Source: a virus. Taken from it: a stretch of DNA of 64,000 bases. The translations under genes and the position numbers were made by a program. How positions within the stretch are numbered: position 1 is the first letter of the stretch; each line of letters begins with the position of its first letter. The notes beneath the pieces were generated by a model. The model saw only the letters and a program-made list of their open reading frames with translations, searched no databases and was not told where the DNA came from. Below are positions 28,801 to 39,095 of the stretch, in pieces. The stretch is taken from IMG/VR virus record IMGVR_UViG_3300018429_000002, positions 7,578 through 71,577 of that record; one strand, 5' to 3'.

Positions 28801-28877
28801 CGGCTTTGATCGTTGCCAGCACAACTGGGAGCGGCACATGGGGAGGCGGGTCAGATATGCCCGACGAAGAATCATGA
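25860..28877 (+). CDS. central tail-tip/host-specificity protein (GTA megatron-like)
   Basis: IPEIYG, GGKGGG, YPG..TQ.PDP, LPRQI.V..IDP, LLDTPLL, LL.GQ..T, GDRFVLI motifs. Confidence 0.85.
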   Translation: MMIREAIERYKEIAAKKRAELDAALEAGQVADPVSIGISIAISVALSAASYLVATALAPKPPRQQQGKLAGSLQLMNSEQGLFIPEIYGAGPEVTLVTGANPTWQNLTNTTGGADGSITKTGGSPTAYDAGASHNVSVTAGDAFIEVIAGTGPASVGFVTTASPTIDDDLLFGVQWHSEGTCHVNIGGANYPVGHWTTGDTFRVEIRKGRFRLFKNSAELSRFSAPVPTVVYPLHLGIIMYASGAGVSNTKVKIADIGEPPNAGRGGVKVPAMIVWTSRIRKNVSVTQQPVQGGKGGGSRSQTIENITYDIDVRLNYANYGPHRLIREYGNADILIDQYTQSANPTGVHDPTIDPDAPYDPTAPPDPQPDYPTPIARVNADIDFDGDDVGTGAIQAGGSSFAVYPGNDTQDPDPTEEGDVDARYGAGSTPAHRNRSGIVHKQFDLSRWSGMVPNFTAAWEHTVLKTIDAIFASFCERVNVLAADDDYDFTGLSEIASRGMLISGRLFKPSEVIDSPEIQLAYNYFVTEAEGQIIGYEEGDEPTLEIDDTEVGWLDGEADVPDIIPELESLLVSEISLPRQIDVKSIDPDDDWDATTASAQRQVTEGVSTELLEIAITQLAEERRATAQRALYRRHASNAGHKFTLPWTYLYIYPGYRLIINRAEGFTHTLRLTSVSGGIGVLDCEGVALQPAVFNQPATGPNGPGNPPPQQIPAMTVMSLLDTPLLREEDAGKVGQYVVGTPRTGFNQAWRGFGLVMFKNNEWIPKASSELPGTIGTVVSVTGLSDDPETIDLVGEIVVDLYGTTQTLSSVTEPDIEGGANLGLFGNMLGNFADATQEAGFPNRWTLTTLLNGQKDTVAYINEVAAGDRFVLINEAVKFFSMELEDLNTEFDYRAITVGQSLDDAATIPFTWTGGTVRDRTVSGVVIVTDESDDTLVWFTGRPRPGDLNARYVVEVWADTGRSDPAELLGTLPVEEVSTHPALIVASTTGSGTWGGGSDMPDEES

Positions 28878-29608
28878 TCTTAGGAAGTCTACCGAATACA
28901 GATCAGAACAACCTCATCCCGATTGGTGACGAGACGGCGGGAGTAACGACCGAAGCGCTCACCGAGACTGATACCGCATTTAGTTTTAACATTCATGGTG
29001 GTACAGGTCTGACAGAAGGTGGAACTGACTTGCCGGACACGTTGGTGGTAACGGTCGGACTTATGGAGCGCTCGGGTACAGATGGCCCGTGGAGCTTTAC
29101 TCAGAATGATTGCGCTCTCTGGGTAAAGTGGACTCGTCCGTTTCCACCTCCCGATTTTCAATATTTAGGACTGCCGGGAACGGTTACTGAATCGTGGGGA
29201 AGTTTCGGAACTACCTTCACGCCCACCGCTAGAAAGAACGGGCGATCAGATGTAGACGTTGGCTACGTGCGACAGGGGCCGCGCTACACATTAGGCTTGG
29301 AAGGGGCGAATTACGTTGGTTACGTTGACTATCACAGACGGGGCGGCGCGGTTCCTCGTGCCATTGTCTCTGCCCCTGCGGGTGGTTTCCCTTTTCCTCT
29401 TCGGCTGGTCATGAGCATCACAACATCAGGCGGCGGCGTTGCGTCCCCTGCGGAGATACGCGACATCGTTCTTGAGGGGAAGCTAGGAGAAAAGGCAACT
29501 CTGACGGCAGATAATAAGACCGAGTGGGGGGTTGATTCGGCCCACCCTCATTTAAGAATTTATCAACTCGGAATTGTTCCCGGTTTCCCGGTGGACATTG
29601 ATTTATAG
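28874..29608 (+). CDS. putative tail protein
   Basis: ATGA overlap with the upstream gene; ends RIYQLG..PGFP like GTA tail-protein C-termini. Confidence 0.55.
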   Translation: MILGSLPNTDQNNLIPIGDETAGVTTEALTETDTAFSFNIHGGTGLTEGGTDLPDTLVVTVGLMERSGTDGPWSFTQNDCALWVKWTRPFPPPDFQYLGLPGTVTESWGSFGTTFTPTARKNGRSDVDVGYVRQGPRYTLGLEGANYVGYVDYHRRGGAVPRAIVSAPAGGFPFPLRLVMSITTSGGGVASPAEIRDIVLEGKLGEKATLTADNKTEWGVDSAHPHLRIYQLGIVPGFPVDIDL

Positions 29609-29746
29609 GAAGGCTTGTATGTTTTACATATTGCTAATCTTGACCTTACTGATTGCTTCCGTTCCTGAGAAGCGAGCTAAGTCAAAGTCTTGCAGAGCAC
29701 CAAAAGGTCAGGAAGTTGTTTGTTACGTTTCGCCGGAATTGAAGTA

Positions 29747-32700
29747 ATGGCTATTACAATCCCAACAGCAGATCCACGCGAGAGTGGCAGCGCGTTCATG
29801 CCTCAACTGCGAGCAGCGTTTGATGCCGCCTACGTCGCCTCGGGCGCTATTTACAACGTCACCGTGTATGGCGCTCTTGGTGATGCAATCGAGATCGTTG
29901 ACGCCTCAATAACTTCCGGCACTCCCGATCTGGAATCTCTAAGCAGCACATTCACCGATGCAGAGATCGGTAAATCAATCAGCGTGCGCGGAGCGGGAAC
30001 GGCAGGAGCCACGTTACGCGAAACTATTATTGCCGTTCCTTCGCCTACTGAGTTAACGCTTTCCGGGAATGCTGTGACTACCGTTTCCGCTGAACAGGCA
30101 GTTTACGGAACAGACGATCTAGCTGCGTTCATTGCTGCGAAGAGTGCTGCCGTTGCGGAAGGCGGGGGAACTGTGATCGTCCCTGCTGGGTTCTATTACC
30201 TCTCTGGACAAATTCCGTGTGATGGAACAGTCGCTTTCAAGGGGACGGGCTACAGTGAGATGTCAACCGTAGGCGTCGCCGCCTTATGGGGCTCCCGACT
30301 CTACATCGGTTTTGAGGTTGCAACTGCTGATTCGCTTTTTTACGTCACCGCTCAAGGTGTCGAGATTGAGGGTCTGGAGTTCTACTGCACGCAAAATCAG
30401 ACAACTGCCCTGACAACTCCCTGGTCTATCTTTGCCTACCGCGTTCCCTTTGCAGACGTTGGTGGAGACGGTCTCAAGGCTCGCAATCTCATGATCCGAA
30501 ACTTGAGTCATGGAATCAAAGTCTCAGCGGACAGATGCGTTCTGGATCTCATCTATGGACAGCCAATGGTACTGGGAATTTATCTGGACGGTGTTTACGA
30601 TTCCGCGAAAGTCACAAGAGTGCATTGGTGGACCTACTGGGCAGGCTTGGCAGTGAGCTACACGTTAGCCAACTGTACTGGCTTACTGCTGGGTCGCGTT
30701 GATCATCCTTCAGTATCAGATTATTTCGCGTTCGGCTGTTTCAAGGGGATAGATTTTGAAGATAGCGCGGTAGGCGTTAATCCGTCTGGTTACACCACCA
30801 AAGGCCAGTTCTCAAACATCCGTTTGGATAATGTGCATTACGGCATTTACGCGGGCGGCAATGGTGAGGCGAGCTTTTCAAATCTTGTTATCTACTGCAT
30901 CTCAGGTGTTGGAGATGCAACGACCGGTTCAAGGGGAATCTGGATAAGGTCTACGTCGTTGGCAGTTTTCCAGATTACAGGCGGCGACTTCTTTAACTCT
31001 GACCTTGAGGCAATTCGGGCGGACGCTGGATTCGTTGGATGGTCCACCGTTCTGATTCGAACATGGAACGAACTAAACAACGGTAGTACCGCATTCTACG
31101 GCGCATCGGGAGCAACGTTTAATCCAGGTCCTACTAGTGCCGATCCTACGCTTGCAAATGGTGGCGCGGTCTATGGTGGCACTCCTTCACTAGCAGGGTT
31201 CAGAGCGCCAACCACACCAACAGCCACCGGCGGTCTCGGAACCATAACCCCCTTTTCACACATCAGCAGTCTGGCTGCAAATCTTGATGTGACCGCAGTG
31301 GGCACGTCTCGATTTGTGTTGCACGATACGACCGACCCGCACGAGGTAAAAATCTCGCTTCAGAATGCCGGAGGTGTGTTTTTTGACATTGCCGGATCGT
31401 CAACGGTGGCAAATAATTTTACTGCCTTTCGTGTCGGGCTTACTCCATCAGCCTACAGTGGCATGACCGAGATGGCCCGCATTAACTCTACAGGGATGGG
31501 GATCGGAACTTCGATTCCTGCGTTTAACGCCAATCCCTCTACCTTTCTCGCTGTAGCCCGGTCTACCGCTGGTCAGTTTGGCGAGATTGGATTAGGAGGC
31601 AATGCCACGGGGACAACCGACACGCTAGGCGCGTTGGGCTTTTACAATTCATCGCTGGCGACCGCAGACAAACGCAACGCGGCCATGGTTGGAATCAACG
31701 ATGGTGCGGTTAACTCCGGCAAGTTGCAATTCTATACATGGGATGCAGGCTCTCCCGGCCTAGCGCTGACGATAGACAAAACGCTTCTGGTGAGCGTGGC
31801 CAGCGCTTTGGTTACTCCAATATTCGCAGTCTCTGGATTGACCCCTGGGAGACTGCCGATCATCTCGACTGCGGGTCTCTTTGTTACCGACTCTGATTTG
31901 AGCTGGTCCGTTGATACTCTCACGTCTACAAAGATTGTTGGCTCTACAAGTATTTCAACCCCATCACTGATAGCCGCTGCAAACCTTACCGCTGCACCCG
32001 TTGGTGATTGGATCTTCAATCCGGGCGGCAAGGATGTTAACCCGGCAGTTAACTATGACCTGAACCTTGGGGCGCTGGACAAGAAGTATCTAACCTTGCA
32101 CGCTGCTGAATTGTGGGTTGAAACTCTTGTTGCCCAGAACACTATCGCAACCATTGGGGGTAGGATTCTTGTTGGCCCAACGACGGTATTGACTTCCGAT
32201 CTTGCAGCGGCTGGAACCTCGATCATTGTCAAACACAATCAAATGGTTAGTGGCGATCGTGTCTACATGGAGGCTAACGGCAAAGTTGAATTCATGGCGA
32301 TCACGTCTGGACCTTCAGGCGGCGGACCATACACTTACACCGTCACTCGCAACCTTGACGGCTCGGGCGCGAATGATTGGTTTGCTGGTGATGCCGTTTT
32401 CAACACAGGAACGACTGGAAATGGATTCATGGATTTGTACTCTGCGCGAGGAGTGAAGGCAGGGACGGAACTTGGCCCAACCATCGTAGGCAATGTCCGA
32501 AATTCGACAACCTATAACGACTGGTCAAGTCACTGGGCCATCGGCAACCTTGACGGACTTTATGGTTATTCAGGTACGGCTTTCGGTGCTGCGTTTGGAA
32601 AGTTCTCAACGACATCTTCATACATCACGATTGACTCGACAAATGGGTATCGAGCAATAAGTCAAAATGCGGTGCGTCTGCAAATCTCAGCAGCAGGTGT

Positions 32701-34681
32701 GATGACCCTGCGCGATTCTGCCGGGGTTGCAAAGATTACTTTAGACGCGGCTGCAGGGATGACCCTTGACGGCAAGATGCAGATGCTCGGATCAAGTTCT
32801 GCAATTGCTATCGGCGTTTTGCCTCCACTCAGTGCAGCAATCGGTACAGGGCTTTGGCAAGACCGCACGGGGCTCTATGGAATCCTCGGAGTTAAGCAAG
32901 TCGAGACTACAACCGTACTGGGAACGGTGACGCTAAACGGTAACGCAGCGGTGACAGTCACCGCGGCAAGCATGGTCGGGTCGCCCTACGTGCTCAACGT
33001 GGCCGTGCTCAATGGTGATACCGCGACCGTCGTGGCGGGTAAGGTTCGTACAGCCTTGGGTCTCGACGCTACGGTGACCGCTTTCTTCACCGTGAGTGGC
33101 GCTGGCGCGGACGTGATACTTACCGATCTTCATGGTCGTGCAAACGACGCGACGATGAACCTTCGGATCACTAACGGCACTTGTACGGGCTTGACTCTGG
33201 CGGATTCTGCAAACACCACAGCAGGATCGAATACGACGCAGGCGAAGCTAGACGCGGCGACGGGGGCAATTACAGCAGGGGGTGGAAACGTCGTCATGGA
33301 CGCACTGGGGCTGTCAATCGTGTCTGGTTCTGGCGTGTCGAATGGAATTACATGGAGATCGTCAAACCTACCCATTGGCTCGATATATTCGTTTTATGCA
33401 AGCGGTACAGCGAGTTTTACTGTCGTGAGTTCTGCTCTGAAGGCCTCGGATACTACTGGAGCAGCAGAGGGTCGGTTTGAGATAACCAACGATGTAGGCA
33501 GCGGCGCTGTGTTTGGCGTCAGGGCATATGGCAGCGTCAGAGGAGCAGATCCGAATGTGGCGTTCGCCTATCTTGATCAATTCGGAAGCCCTACTTTCAA
33601 AGGATTCATCGTCGGGGCTACTACAACCCCCATCTCCATGCTTGATGTGAGAGGGACAATCAGTGTTGGCCCTGCATTCACTGGGGTAACTCCCGGAATC
33701 TTGTGCAGAGACATAGCCGCGAATTACTCAATTCTCGGGTTCTACCCGCAGTCTGGAACGAACGTAAACATGAGCTTCCAGATATTCCCTAAAGGGACGG
33801 GGCAGTCTGGGAATAGGGCACAGTTTACGGTATTCAATACGGATGGCGTGGCAGATTCAGCCAACATTGAATATTTGACCTTCCGCGCAACTGGAACGAG
33901 CTTTCTGGCCGCATCCGGGCAGGAAGGAACGGGTACACTTCGCCATGTAATCATTTCCGCTGGGGCTGCGTCGAGCGGTTCCCCAACGAATTCAAATCAA
34001 CTTTATTTAGCGACAACCGGGAATGTGAAGCTGTCAGGCTCAGCAGTCAGAGGCACAACGGAAGGAACCAACCACCTCGACATATTTGACGGGACAGCGC
34101 CAGTCGGAACGTTAACCAACGGTGTTTCACTCTACTCTGCCTCGGGTGAATTACGGTCGATGGATTCTGGAGGCACGTCAACCTTGCTGTCTCAACATGC
34201 CTCAGACGCACCCGAATGGATGCACGACGATGACCCTACGCCGCCGAATATTAGTCGCGAGACAAACTGTTTTTCAGGCATTGTTCGGTTCATCAACTTT
34301 ACTCGCCAAGCCCGATTGCAGCAACTCGTGTTCGACGCGGAGCCGCTGCCTGCCGACCCTCAAAAACGGAAGATTATCCACGAGGAAAAATTCGCGGAAT
34401 ACAATGCGCGTCTCAATTTGCCATCAAGTGATCCGCGATTTTTGGTAGTGGCTGATTGGGACGCGGATCAGGAGACGCATCGGATTAATCGCATAGCAGA
34501 ACGCGCTGAATGGAGCGAATACAAAGCGGCATGGGAGCAATACGGCAGAGAGAATCCAGAGAAGGCACGGCCATTCCCGCATCCAGAACCGCAAGAACAC
34601 GTCAAACGAGAAAAGCCTGACTGGCTAAAGAGAGGGAAAAATGACGAAACAGGAGAAGAAGAAAATGTCAGCACTCGGTGA
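29747..34681 (+). CDS. tail fibre/tailspike with pectate-lyase-like beta-helix and mosaic Gly/Thr-rich domains
   Basis: YNV..YGA.GD, TDD.AAF.AA...GGGTV.VPAG.Y motif; 1644 aa G/T/S/A-rich. Confidence 0.85.
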   Translation: MAITIPTADPRESGSAFMPQLRAAFDAAYVASGAIYNVTVYGALGDAIEIVDASITSGTPDLESLSSTFTDAEIGKSISVRGAGTAGATLRETIIAVPSPTELTLSGNAVTTVSAEQAVYGTDDLAAFIAAKSAAVAEGGGTVIVPAGFYYLSGQIPCDGTVAFKGTGYSEMSTVGVAALWGSRLYIGFEVATADSLFYVTAQGVEIEGLEFYCTQNQTTALTTPWSIFAYRVPFADVGGDGLKARNLMIRNLSHGIKVSADRCVLDLIYGQPMVLGIYLDGVYDSAKVTRVHWWTYWAGLAVSYTLANCTGLLLGRVDHPSVSDYFAFGCFKGIDFEDSAVGVNPSGYTTKGQFSNIRLDNVHYGIYAGGNGEASFSNLVIYCISGVGDATTGSRGIWIRSTSLAVFQITGGDFFNSDLEAIRADAGFVGWSTVLIRTWNELNNGSTAFYGASGATFNPGPTSADPTLANGGAVYGGTPSLAGFRAPTTPTATGGLGTITPFSHISSLAANLDVTAVGTSRFVLHDTTDPHEVKISLQNAGGVFFDIAGSSTVANNFTAFRVGLTPSAYSGMTEMARINSTGMGIGTSIPAFNANPSTFLAVARSTAGQFGEIGLGGNATGTTDTLGALGFYNSSLATADKRNAAMVGINDGAVNSGKLQFYTWDAGSPGLALTIDKTLLVSVASALVTPIFAVSGLTPGRLPIISTAGLFVTDSDLSWSVDTLTSTKIVGSTSISTPSLIAAANLTAAPVGDWIFNPGGKDVNPAVNYDLNLGALDKKYLTLHAAELWVETLVAQNTIATIGGRILVGPTTVLTSDLAAAGTSIIVKHNQMVSGDRVYMEANGKVEFMAITSGPSGGGPYTYTVTRNLDGSGANDWFAGDAVFNTGTTGNGFMDLYSARGVKAGTELGPTIVGNVRNSTTYNDWSSHWAIGNLDGLYGYSGTAFGAAFGKFSTTSSYITIDSTNGYRAISQNAVRLQISAAGVMTLRDSAGVAKITLDAAAGMTLDGKMQMLGSSSAIAIGVLPPLSAAIGTGLWQDRTGLYGILGVKQVETTTVLGTVTLNGNAAVTVTAASMVGSPYVLNVAVLNGDTATVVAGKVRTALGLDATVTAFFTVSGAGADVILTDLHGRANDATMNLRITNGTCTGLTLADSANTTAGSNTTQAKLDAATGAITAGGGNVVMDALGLSIVSGSGVSNGITWRSSNLPIGSIYSFYASGTASFTVVSSALKASDTTGAAEGRFEITNDVGSGAVFGVRAYGSVRGADPNVAFAYLDQFGSPTFKGFIVGATTTPISMLDVRGTISVGPAFTGVTPGILCRDIAANYSILGFYPQSGTNVNMSFQIFPKGTGQSGNRAQFTVFNTDGVADSANIEYLTFRATGTSFLAASGQEGTGTLRHVIISAGAASSGSPTNSNQLYLATTGNVKLSGSAVRGTTEGTNHLDIFDGTAPVGTLTNGVSLYSASGELRSMDSGGTSTLLSQHASDAPEWMHDDDPTPPNISRETNCFSGIVRFINFTRQARLQQLVFDAEPLPADPQKRKIIHEEKFAEYNARLNLPSSDPRFLVVADWDADQETHRINRIAERAEWSEYKAAWEQYGRENPEKARPFPHPEPQEHVKREKPDWLKRGKNDETGEEENVSTR

Positions 34682-35117
34682 TGAACTTCGAGCAATCGCG
34701 GCAAGGGTGGACAAGATGGCAGAATCGCCCGTGACACCCTCGCCAGACCAAACCCCGGTCTCAGTACCCCCAGGACCGGAAACGCCAGCCACGCCTAATC
34801 CAGCGCCAAGGGACAATGCTCCTGCGTTGCCTGCTCAAGTATCGCTGTTGATAATCTCGGCATTGAGTGAGGCAAGGAAACTCCGAGGTGCGAGCCCGGT
34901 AATATCGAGACTCGAGGAACTCAAAGCCGCAACAAGCGATGAAAAGAGACGCGAGGCGATCCAAATAGCCTTGGGTGAGTCACAGTTGCTAAAAGAAGAT
35001 CACCTCATTGACTCACGTGCACTCACGGCGATCCTTATGCAAATCTCTGCGTTGGTTGGGGGAAGTGACAGCGTGATTGTCGGTGATACGAATGTAGGTG
35101 GGGATATGGAAGCGTAA
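34641..35117 (+). CDS. hypothetical protein
   Basis: Co-oriented, Pro-rich linker. Confidence 0.5.
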   Translation: MTKQEKKKMSALGDELRAIAARVDKMAESPVTPSPDQTPVSVPPGPETPATPNPAPRDNAPALPAQVSLLIISALSEARKLRGASPVISRLEELKAATSDEKRREAIQIALGESQLLKEDHLIDSRALTAILMQISALVGGSDSVIVGDTNVGGDMEA

Positions 35118-35647
35118 TGGGGCGTGAATCTCGAAGGAATCAGAAAGGTAAAAAGATAATGGGAAAGATTTGTTTGACGCAAGTTGTGAAAGATCTAGAC
35201 GGCCAACCAATGACGGTTGAACAGACGGGACTGCCTGCGGTGGTTCTGGAGAAAGACCTACAGACGTTAGAGCCGGATAATATTCCCAAATACGTAACCA
35301 GGGGCGGTCTGTGTTTTCTGAAAAAAGAGTTCGAGAAGTCTCTGCTTTTCCGGCACGTTCTCACCGGAGCACTTTTGCACCGGGTAGAAGAAGAGGATAA
35401 GACTCTTTCCAACGAGGCTTTGATGGAGCGCGTGATGCTCGCTCAGAAAGTCCATGAAGCGGAGTCGTTTTCATTTACCGCTGAACAGATCGTCCTGCTC
35501 AAGAAGTTGGTAAACCGAAGGTGGGCACCGGCCAATTTGCTGATCGTTGGTCGAGCATTTGAAATGCTTGAGCCAAAGGAAGAAGAGGAGGCTATCCCAA
35601 GGAACGGACACTTACCAGAGAGAGAGCGAGAGCAAGTGACGGTTTAG
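35117..35647 (+). CDS. hypothetical protein (possible fibre chaperone)
   Basis: KDLDGQP, R..LA.K......FTAEQIVLLKKLV motif of the type found after fibre genes. Confidence 0.55.
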   Translation: MGRESRRNQKGKKIMGKICLTQVVKDLDGQPMTVEQTGLPAVVLEKDLQTLEPDNIPKYVTRGGLCFLKKEFEKSLLFRHVLTGALLHRVEEEDKTLSNEALMERVMLAQKVHEAESFSFTAEQIVLLKKLVNRRWAPANLLIVGRAFEMLEPKEEEEAIPRNGHLPEREREQVTV

Positions 35648-35658
35648 AGGTTCAGGAT

Positions 35659-35886
35659 TCATGGAAGACGCCTGACCTGCAGCGGTTTAACTTCGCACCA
35701 TCCGTCCTTCTTCGCTTTAGCATAGGTGTCGTAACCGTAGTTTTTAGCAGCTCGCTGCTTGGCTTCTTTGATTGACGTAAACGCTAAGATCGCAATACCG
35801 CCATCGTCTACATTTGACAGAAGTTCGCGTAGCCAATCGCCCCTATTGTTGTTCTCGTCTTTGCACCAAATGCCGTAGAGATTCAT
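35659..35886 (-). CDS. hypothetical protein
   Basis: ATG after GAGG, directly downstream of a hairpin element. Confidence 0.55.
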   Translation of the reverse strand: MNLYGIWCKDENNNRGDWLRELLSNVDDGGIAILAFTSIKEAKQRAAKNYGYDTYAKAKKDGWCEVKPLQVRRLP

Positions 35887-35960
35887 ATCCTCAACCTTTC
35901 CCAGACGGCGTTTCGCCGTCACGACCTAGCAGATTAGTATCCTTGGTTCTACTGCTTTGG

Positions 35961-36575
35961 TTAACTTAAATCCTGATTCTCTTCTTCTACTCCACCGGGG
36001 CGAGTAAGTAGAGCGCCGATTGCTTCCAACGCGTCTGAGTACGCAGAGTTGTCGTCACTGAACCGCACGCTGTTAGCTGCATTCAGAGCGGCTTGCACTC
36101 CTGCTATATAGTCAGCCGACAAAGATTCGGAGTCAGTGAGATGCGGAACAGAACCATCCGGCGTAGATGCTCGGTCGTTGCCGCCAAGGGCGGTCTGGGT
36201 ATGTAGTCTGTGAATCTCAGGAAGTCCGCAGTTACCGCACAGTTTCTTATCGTTTATCATCCATTCCGGAGGTTCAGGGGTGAACCCATGCGGAGCTATT
36301 TGGTTCACCGCTTCGCGGGTGTTGGTACGGGGATCGGAGGCGATCGCCCTCAGCGCTCCGTCATACCCATTGACAGATGCGCACACCCAGTCAGCCAATG
36401 ACGCGCCTTCCATGAACCACAGTCGTCTGCCGTTGGCCGACATAATGTCGTACTCGCCGGGTGCGGTTCGAACGGCGGTAAGCGGTAAGTAGTCATCAAA
36501 GGATTCGCCGTTTCGGTTAACCTCATTGTCTTGACGATCCGTGCTCGTGGGCTTACTGGGTTCTACATTCTTCAT
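35961..36575 (-). CDS. mosaic hypothetical protein containing two hairpin elements
   Basis: TQTALGGN peptide shared with ORF 62377..62820. Confidence 0.55.
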   Translation of the reverse strand: MKNVEPSKPTSTDRQDNEVNRNGESFDDYLPLTAVRTAPGEYDIMSANGRRLWFMEGASLADWVCASVNGYDGALRAIASDPRTNTREAVNQIAPHGFTPEPPEWMINDKKLCGNCGLPEIHRLHTQTALGGNDRASTPDGSVPHLTDSESLSADYIAGVQAALNAANSVRFSDDNSAYSDALEAIGALLTRPGGVEEENQDLS

Positions 36576-36587
36576 TTCCCCTAACTC

Positions 36588-37673
36588 CTAATCTCGATCT
36601 ACTGTTTTGGGGGACGGAGGCGCGGGTAGTGGCAGCCCCAAGGCGATTAGCAGAAATCTGAGATGATCACACGCGCTCTTATATCTAGCGTTTACTATCG
36701 ACGCTGACGTGGTAGGAGATCGGCTCCATAGGTCGAGGTCGAACTTAATACCTTCAAGTGACGCTTGCCACGCATCGGGCGGGGAGGAGTCTGCAAATGC
36801 TTCCATTGCCCATTCCAACCCCTTTAGTACGACTTCGCGCTGCTCTGGCGGTCGAAGGTCGGGAGCGCAGGCAATGAAATTAGCAGCGGCCCATAACACC
36901 GTTTCGAGGGTAAGATTCTCCGCATCCACAGCTAGATTGTCTTTGGAACCCTCAACCGCGTCCTTCCCCGGTACGGCGTCTTTACCTGAATTCTTCTGCT
37001 CCTGCTCTCCTCCTTCTTGACTGGGAGGGACTTGAGGGAATTCACATTTGCAACTGCAGTAGACGAGGCTTCCTCCTGGATCTCGACGTACCGTCGTGCA
37101 CTTGCCGAGAGAGTCACGACTATCCTTATCGCCACACTTTACACAGACAGGGGCTTGCTGCTCTTTAGCGTGATGGTGGCAACCACACCCATCGTGTGAA
37201 TCTCCGTTCCCTGCCCTGGCCCAGCATTCAGACGTGCAGGGAGTGACTTGCTGCTCTTGCTTGTCCTGAAGGGCGTCACGTAATTCATGGATCTCATCCT
37301 CAAGACCCTTTCGCGCCTCAAGGTATCCTCCGGTTAACAGTGTCCGGTATTCCCGACAGCCCACGTGGGGACAATCAGCGAACCTGTAGGTCTCCGGTGA
37401 GTGATACTGCCCGTGAAGCAGCACCGCAGCGGAATACAGTGCGTCTCGCATTTGAGACACGTTAGCGGCAATTTTCCGTCTGGGTTCCCACGGATGTTCC
37501 TGAGAACGCGGAGTTGGGGCTTGCTGCTCTGGAGGAAAACAGTGCGAGAGAATGATCACCTGAATCTCCGCTGCTGTTGCTTGCCAAGCCTCCCTATCGT
37601 CGGACGGAAAGGGCCGGGCAATAATCGCCTCAGCCGCCGCTCGTGCTAGTTCAATCTGTTGTGGTGTAGGCAT
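36588..37673 (-). CDS. mosaic hypothetical protein with Cys-rich segments
   Basis: Long ORF in the leftward operon; repeated EQQAP/EQQVTP linkers. Confidence 0.55.
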   Translation of the reverse strand: MPTPQQIELARAAAEAIIARPFPSDDREAWQATAAEIQVIILSHCFPPEQQAPTPRSQEHPWEPRRKIAANVSQMRDALYSAAVLLHGQYHSPETYRFADCPHVGCREYRTLLTGGYLEARKGLEDEIHELRDALQDKQEQQVTPCTSECWARAGNGDSHDGCGCHHHAKEQQAPVCVKCGDKDSRDSLGKCTTVRRDPGGSLVYCSCKCEFPQVPPSQEGGEQEQKNSGKDAVPGKDAVEGSKDNLAVDAENLTLETVLWAAANFIACAPDLRPPEQREVVLKGLEWAMEAFADSSPPDAWQASLEGIKFDLDLWSRSPTTSASIVNARYKSACDHLRFLLIALGLPLPAPPSPKTVDRD

Positions 37674-38162
37674 TACAATTCGCCCTTCGTATCAAGAAAG
37701 TCTTCAATGGTGGCCTGGATCTCGTTTGCTAGTCGCTCTGCTACATCGCGCTGGTCTTCCGTTATTAAGCCGAGAAACCACTTCTCATTGGTTAGAAACT
37801 CGTCCGCCAGAGCGCGGCATTTTACGTCATGTGTTTTCACAGTCACTTTCTTACCTCCGCTTGTTGTGGTGTTGGCATTACTTTTTCTTCTTTCGCTGAA
37901 TCTGACGATTGCCGATCTGATTCCAGCAAGTTCCGTGATAGTCGCCTTTCGGGCCCGAAACGTACTCGTCTCGAATCGTCTTACCGCAGACCTCGCATAC
38001 TAACCGGCTCTCTTGTGGCGTATTCATTACTTTTCCTTTGTTCCGAGATGGACCAGCCAGCGGTATTCGTCAGACGGCTGTTGTAATACCAGCGAAAAGT
38101 AATTCGATAGCGCCACTCTTCCGGTACCTCCCAGAGAAAATCAAAAATCTCAGATTCAATGC

Positions 38163-38693
38163 TCACGACTTCCCATCCTTTGCTGCCTCAATGTCAGGAA
38201 AATTTAGCCATGCAAATTCCCCAAAGAATTCCCTAGCTTTTACGTCGTATGCTCGGGCGGCCTCTTCTGCGGTTTTGAAATACCCTATGCAACTATATTT
38301 GTAGTTGTGGCGGATTTGCGCTGCCCAGCAGTATTTACGGCCAGCAAATGCAGGATTGTGCTTTCGGTAAACCCCTTTAAAACCCGAAGTGTTATCACTA
38401 CGCAAAGACCTATTTGCGGCGTTCCCACACCGAGTAGCCAACCGAAGATTGCTCCTACGGCAATCTAGTCCGTTTCTGTTTTTGTGGTCTACATGGAAGC
38501 CTGAAGGCGCGGAAAGTATAACTTGATGTAGTCTAATCATAGTCCGCTTGCCACTCATGGTCACAGTGCGAGATGCGTACCAAGTGCGGCCAGTACACGA
38601 AAGAGAAGCCTGCCACTTGTATTTAGCGACGCTCTCGTAATCCTCATCATCAACCAGCGCCACTTGACCTTTAGTTAGTTTAATTTCTTTCAC
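38163..38693 (-). CDS. HNH-AP2 homing endonuclease
   Basis: ALVDDEDY, VDHKNRNGLDCRRSNLR, SGFKGV, W.AQI, G.F.TAEEAARAYD. Confidence 0.92.
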   Translation of the reverse strand: MKEIKLTKGQVALVDDEDYESVAKYKWQASLSCTGRTWYASRTVTMSGKRTMIRLHQVILSAPSGFHVDHKNRNGLDCRRSNLRLATRCGNAANRSLRSDNTSGFKGVYRKHNPAFAGRKYCWAAQIRHNYKYSCIGYFKTAEEAARAYDVKAREFFGEFAWLNFPDIEAAKDGKS

Positions 38694-38727
38694 CTTGTTA
38701 TTACCTTGCTGGCTATATTGCTCATGA

Positions 38728-39090
38728 TTAGCTCCTCAAGTTGGCTAGTGCGGCCAGCGCAGCCCGTAACGCCTTCCGTTCTGTCCAGCCTTCGGGGAAG
38801 TCGCCCTTATGCCTATCGCAGGCTTCCCAGCGGGTTTCAGGGTCGTCCCATCTATCCCAGAGCGCAACGTTTTCACAGTCGTCACAGCCACCGGATTCAT
38901 CAACTACCAACGCTGCCAGCGTTACCGTCGACTTCCGCTCCTCTGCCCTCACCGATGCTTCCCTGGCATCCAGTGCGGCGACTATCGCGTCTCCAAGTTG
39001 CTTAACGTGTGACGTTGGGCCTATGTACCCTGCGGCTTTCGCAAAGTCGGCCAATAACCTGTTCACCGTTTTCTTGTTCTGGTCACTCAT
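38728..39090 (-). CDS. hypothetical protein
   Basis: Co-oriented in the leftward operon. Confidence 0.5.
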   Translation of the reverse strand: MSDQNKKTVNRLLADFAKAAGYIGPTSHVKQLGDAIVAALDAREASVRAEERKSTVTLAALVVDESGGCDDCENVALWDRWDDPETRWEACDRHKGDFPEGWTERKALRAALAALANLRS

Positions 39091-39095
39091 TTCAT

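Noticed and set aside
29747-34681. Diversity-generating retroelement target in the tail fibre
   Set aside because: No reverse transcriptase and no template/variable repeat pair seen in the window.
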